This document shows, piece by piece, positions 38,387 through 41,356 of a stretch of DNA of 41,356 nt. Location: positions 1-41,356 of the forward strand of contig CAWEXU010000012.1 of the NCBI GenBank assembly GCA_963813075.1, given 5' to 3'. The notes under the pieces were generated by a model. The model did no database searches. It was not told the DNA's origin and saw only the letters and a program-made list of their open reading frames with translations. The translations under genes and the position numbers were made by a program. The DNA comes from Methanotrichaceae archaeon (GTDB taxonomy: Archaea; Halobacteriota; Methanosarcinia; Methanotrichales; Methanotrichaceae). Position 1 is the first letter of the stretch; each line of letters begins with the position of its first letter.

Positions 38387-39235
38387 ATGCCACAGAAGAT
38401 CACACTCATACTCCGGCCAGAATCTGGATTTGATATTCCATACAGCGATGGTTACCAACTATATTCTTCATTGCTGGGGGTCATGCGGGAGGCGGATGAG
38501 ACAGCCGCCATCCACACGCACGATTCTCCTATCAGCTCTATATCCTTGGGCCCTCTAGAGGGAAAATTTCTGCGCACTGATAGGTCAAGGCATAAAAGGG
38601 TAGACCCAAACGAAAGATACAGTCTCAAGATAGGGATAACCGATCCAAATGAGGTGGAGATCTTCCGCTCCATCATCCAGCCATTGGTCTTGAGAGAAAG
38701 AAACCTCCGCCTGGAGAGAGGAGATTTGCGGGCGGAGGAGGTTTCCAGCTCAACTACCAGCTTCCAAGATATTGTGAAGTCAGCGGGAGAGGTCAAAAAT
38801 CCATACCTTGATTTTGAGTTCAAATCGCCGGTCTGCATTCAGTACAGGAACAGCAAGGTCTTTGAGATGTTTCCTCACCGGGAAGCGGTATTTCAATCTC
38901 TCTTATCAAAATGGAACTCGGTATCTCCAGAGGAACTGAGGATGAATATTGAGCGGGATGAGATGGCACGCTACATCGTAGAAAAGCCTCTGGCCTACGA
39001 TACGCACAGCGTGGTGGTGAACACCGTGTTCGACAAGGTCAAAGGCCATCCAAGGCCGATAATGAGGCAGGGATTCGTGGGGCGTTGCCGGTACACCTTC
39101 GCCAGGGATGCACCTGATGGCATGAGGAATGGAATTGTAGCCCTGGCCATGTTTGCAGAATATAGCGGTGTGGGAAGTGCAGTCGCCCGCGGGTGCGGGG
39201 CGGCGAAGGTGATTGTGGGGGAGGTGGAGAGATGA
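38387..39235 (+). CDS. cas6: CRISPR pre-crRNA endoribonuclease Cas6
   Basis: FKSPV, QSLLSKWN, GFVGRCRY, and the G-rich loop FAEYSGVGSAVARGCG. Confidence 0.93.
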   Translation: MPQKITLILRPESGFDIPYSDGYQLYSSLLGVMREADETAAIHTHDSPISSISLGPLEGKFLRTDRSRHKRVDPNERYSLKIGITDPNEVEIFRSIIQPLVLRERNLRLERGDLRAEEVSSSTTSFQDIVKSAGEVKNPYLDFEFKSPVCIQYRNSKVFEMFPHREAVFQSLLSKWNSVSPEELRMNIERDEMARYIVEKPLAYDTHSVVVNTVFDKVKGHPRPIMRQGFVGRCRYTFARDAPDGMRNGIVALAMFAEYSGVGSAVARGCGAAKVIVGEVER

Positions 39236-41356
39236 TTTCTATTTTGGATTCAGACGATTTGGAATTAGAAGAATATAATTCAGAATATCTGGAAAATATC
39301 TCAAACGAGAAGGTGGAAGATTATAAGGAAATAAAACTTCGTATCAAAGAGTATGTGAAAGAGGTCTTACCACATCTATTTAAAGAATCTGCTCAATTGG
39401 ACGCAAAATTCAATAAAGCTCTGAGCTTTTCTGCTCATGTAATTACAGCAGTATTTACTGGATCAATTTTGTACATATATGATCGGATATCAACTGAGCA
39501 ATCACTCCCAAATTCACATGACATGAGACTTCTTTGTACAGCGCTCACCCTTCATGATATCAATAAATATTGGAACGAAATAACTAATTCTAGAAATAAA
39601 GGAAATTATTATACTTTAATTCAAGATTATTTTAAAACAGATCCCTTCAATATAAAGACATACTTCCCGGAATGGGAAAGTGAGCTGGATGAGATTGTTT
39701 TTCTAGTTCAACACGCGGAGGAAAAAGATGTTTCGCAGTGTGAATCAAGATTCTTTCAGCCAAAATACGCCCGACTTCTACCATATGTAAAATTTGGGGA
39801 TAAGGTCGCCAGTTTGGGTAAATCTGAATACCCATTGCAGGAAATTCAAAAGCTACTGAACAGCAGTGGATATAACGTGCACATCTTGCTACTTCCTGAA
39901 ATGCCGCAGCAATTGCTATCGAGATTGTATATCGAAGCGCCAAGCAATATTTGGTCCAATCCAACGGGATTCCACTGCTCATATCTCCCCAGGGAATCTT
40001 ATATCTATCTTCAAATAAAATAAACATTAATGCATCGGAGTTAAAAAATTTAATTAGCAAGGAACTTGTAAGAAATACGAATGCTAAACCAACATTAAAT
40101 AACAAGAAATTCGATCTATCTCCGTTACTATCTATCCCGCTTGATACACAAACACGTTTTAAAGTTTATGTAGGATCAGTACGAGAGAGAACTGAAGCAG
40201 GCTTGTTGAGCGTTCTTGGAAAGACAATTTACCCACCAGAAGAAGATATCCAAGAAGCCCTAGCATGCATTTCTTATTTTATATATAATGATAAAAAAGG
40301 AAATGATTGGACAACATTTCCTAAATTGGAGAAGGAACTAAATGACGAAAAGTTGCGAAATGAATTAAAGAAGATCGGAGTTATCCGAGATACATTCGCG
40401 AATCAGGATGATGTTGGTGGGCAGAATTGCAAGTCATACACAGTTCATGAAATTGTTAATAATCAAAATAACTTGAAAGATACCTTGAGATTACTGCATG
40501 ATCCTCTCAAAAAAGAAATTTTGTCTAAATTAGAGGATAATTCATCCGCCTTAGATCCAATAATCGAATTATTGTGCGCTCAAAATGGGGAAATATCCAC
40601 CGGCCTTGTTGAGATGGTCGTCCCAAAAGGAAATGAAGATACTTGCTTTAAATGTGGTGCAATCGCAAAGAAGGAATACAAGCCGGGAAAGCACTTCATG
40701 CAATCAGGAGGCTTCACCAAACGTGCAACATTGAATGATCAATATAAGCGTGAATGCGATGTCTGCCAGATGGAGCATTTATTGATCGATAATATGATAC
40801 AAAAGAGCGGATTTAGAATAACAGACGATGTTATTTTCTTCTATTTCTATTTTGATTCGATATTTGTGAACGTGGACATGTTCCATGAACAAATGAGTAA
40901 GGTGCAAATAAGCGTCCAAGGAACAAGAGACGGAAAAACTCGGCTTAACATTTCGGCTAGGAGACTTTGAGACACCATTTCATATTGAGCCTATGGCTAT
41001 AAAACTGCCACCTGGGGTGCGAGAGCAATCAAGCAAAAGCACTCGTAGAGCACGAGCGATTCACACAGCTATAAAAGCTTGCTTGGACTGTGGCTGCAAA
41101 TGTGTAATAACAAGTCCATACACCCTCATGCGAATGTACAACGAGGTATTTTACAACGAACGACCAACAACGCTCGAAAAGACCATGGGGCTAGATAATA
41201 TTAAGGATTTTAGAACTGCGAGACTTATTGATCATAGACTTGACTTCATAAATCAATTAGATGGCATGAAAGGATTGCACCGCGTACAGAGCTTCGAACC
41301 TATCAATGTTATTCCTTTTGTAAAGAGAACCGTTGAGAATTTCGAAGGCTGGGTTA
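39232..41356 (+). CDS. cas10d: Type I-D large subunit Cas10d (Csc3), frameshifted near 39925 and 40935, running off the window end
   Basis: N-terminal HD nuclease (LSFSAHV, LTLHDINKY, FGDKVAS); QQLLS...NGIPLLISPQGILYL; Zn finger CFKC...CDVC. A third frame stays open to the end (LGDFETPFHIEP...FEGWV); ATGA overlap with cas6. Confidence 0.8.

Overview
A 41 kb chromosomal stretch from a methanogenic archaeon. It is most consistent with Methanothrix/Methanosarcinales, inferred from Nre, the FDR-methanoredoxin pair, a PGF-CTERM protein, Csa3 and archaeal TATA-type promoters. Most of it is housekeeping: serB, copA with a YHS protein, fdr/mrx, nreA, ino1, a radical-SAM/DUF4130 DNA-repair pair, fasciclin and other secreted proteins, queE, tRNA-Gly(CCC), uvrC, thiE/thiM, serA, an Fe-S flavoprotein, a NYN protein, slyD, htpX-pspAB, Hsp20, and MFS and ABC transporters. 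It ends in the start of a type I-D CRISPR-Cas locus (csa3 divergent from cas6-cas10d); no array lies in the window. At least 11 genes carry single-base frameshifts, which points to long-read indel error rather than real decay. The most unusual element is just before the cas locus: a ~115-bp non-coding unit present twice, 1080 bp apart. Each copy has a promoter-like head and a GC-rich two-hairpin core (61/64 identical between copies). The two copies bracket a small secreted Ig-like gene, are themselves flanked by a 34-bp direct repeat, and share an ATTGCA motif with the csa3/cas6 promoter. It is a candidate uncharacterised Cas-adjacent sRNA or cassette system, but this is inference.
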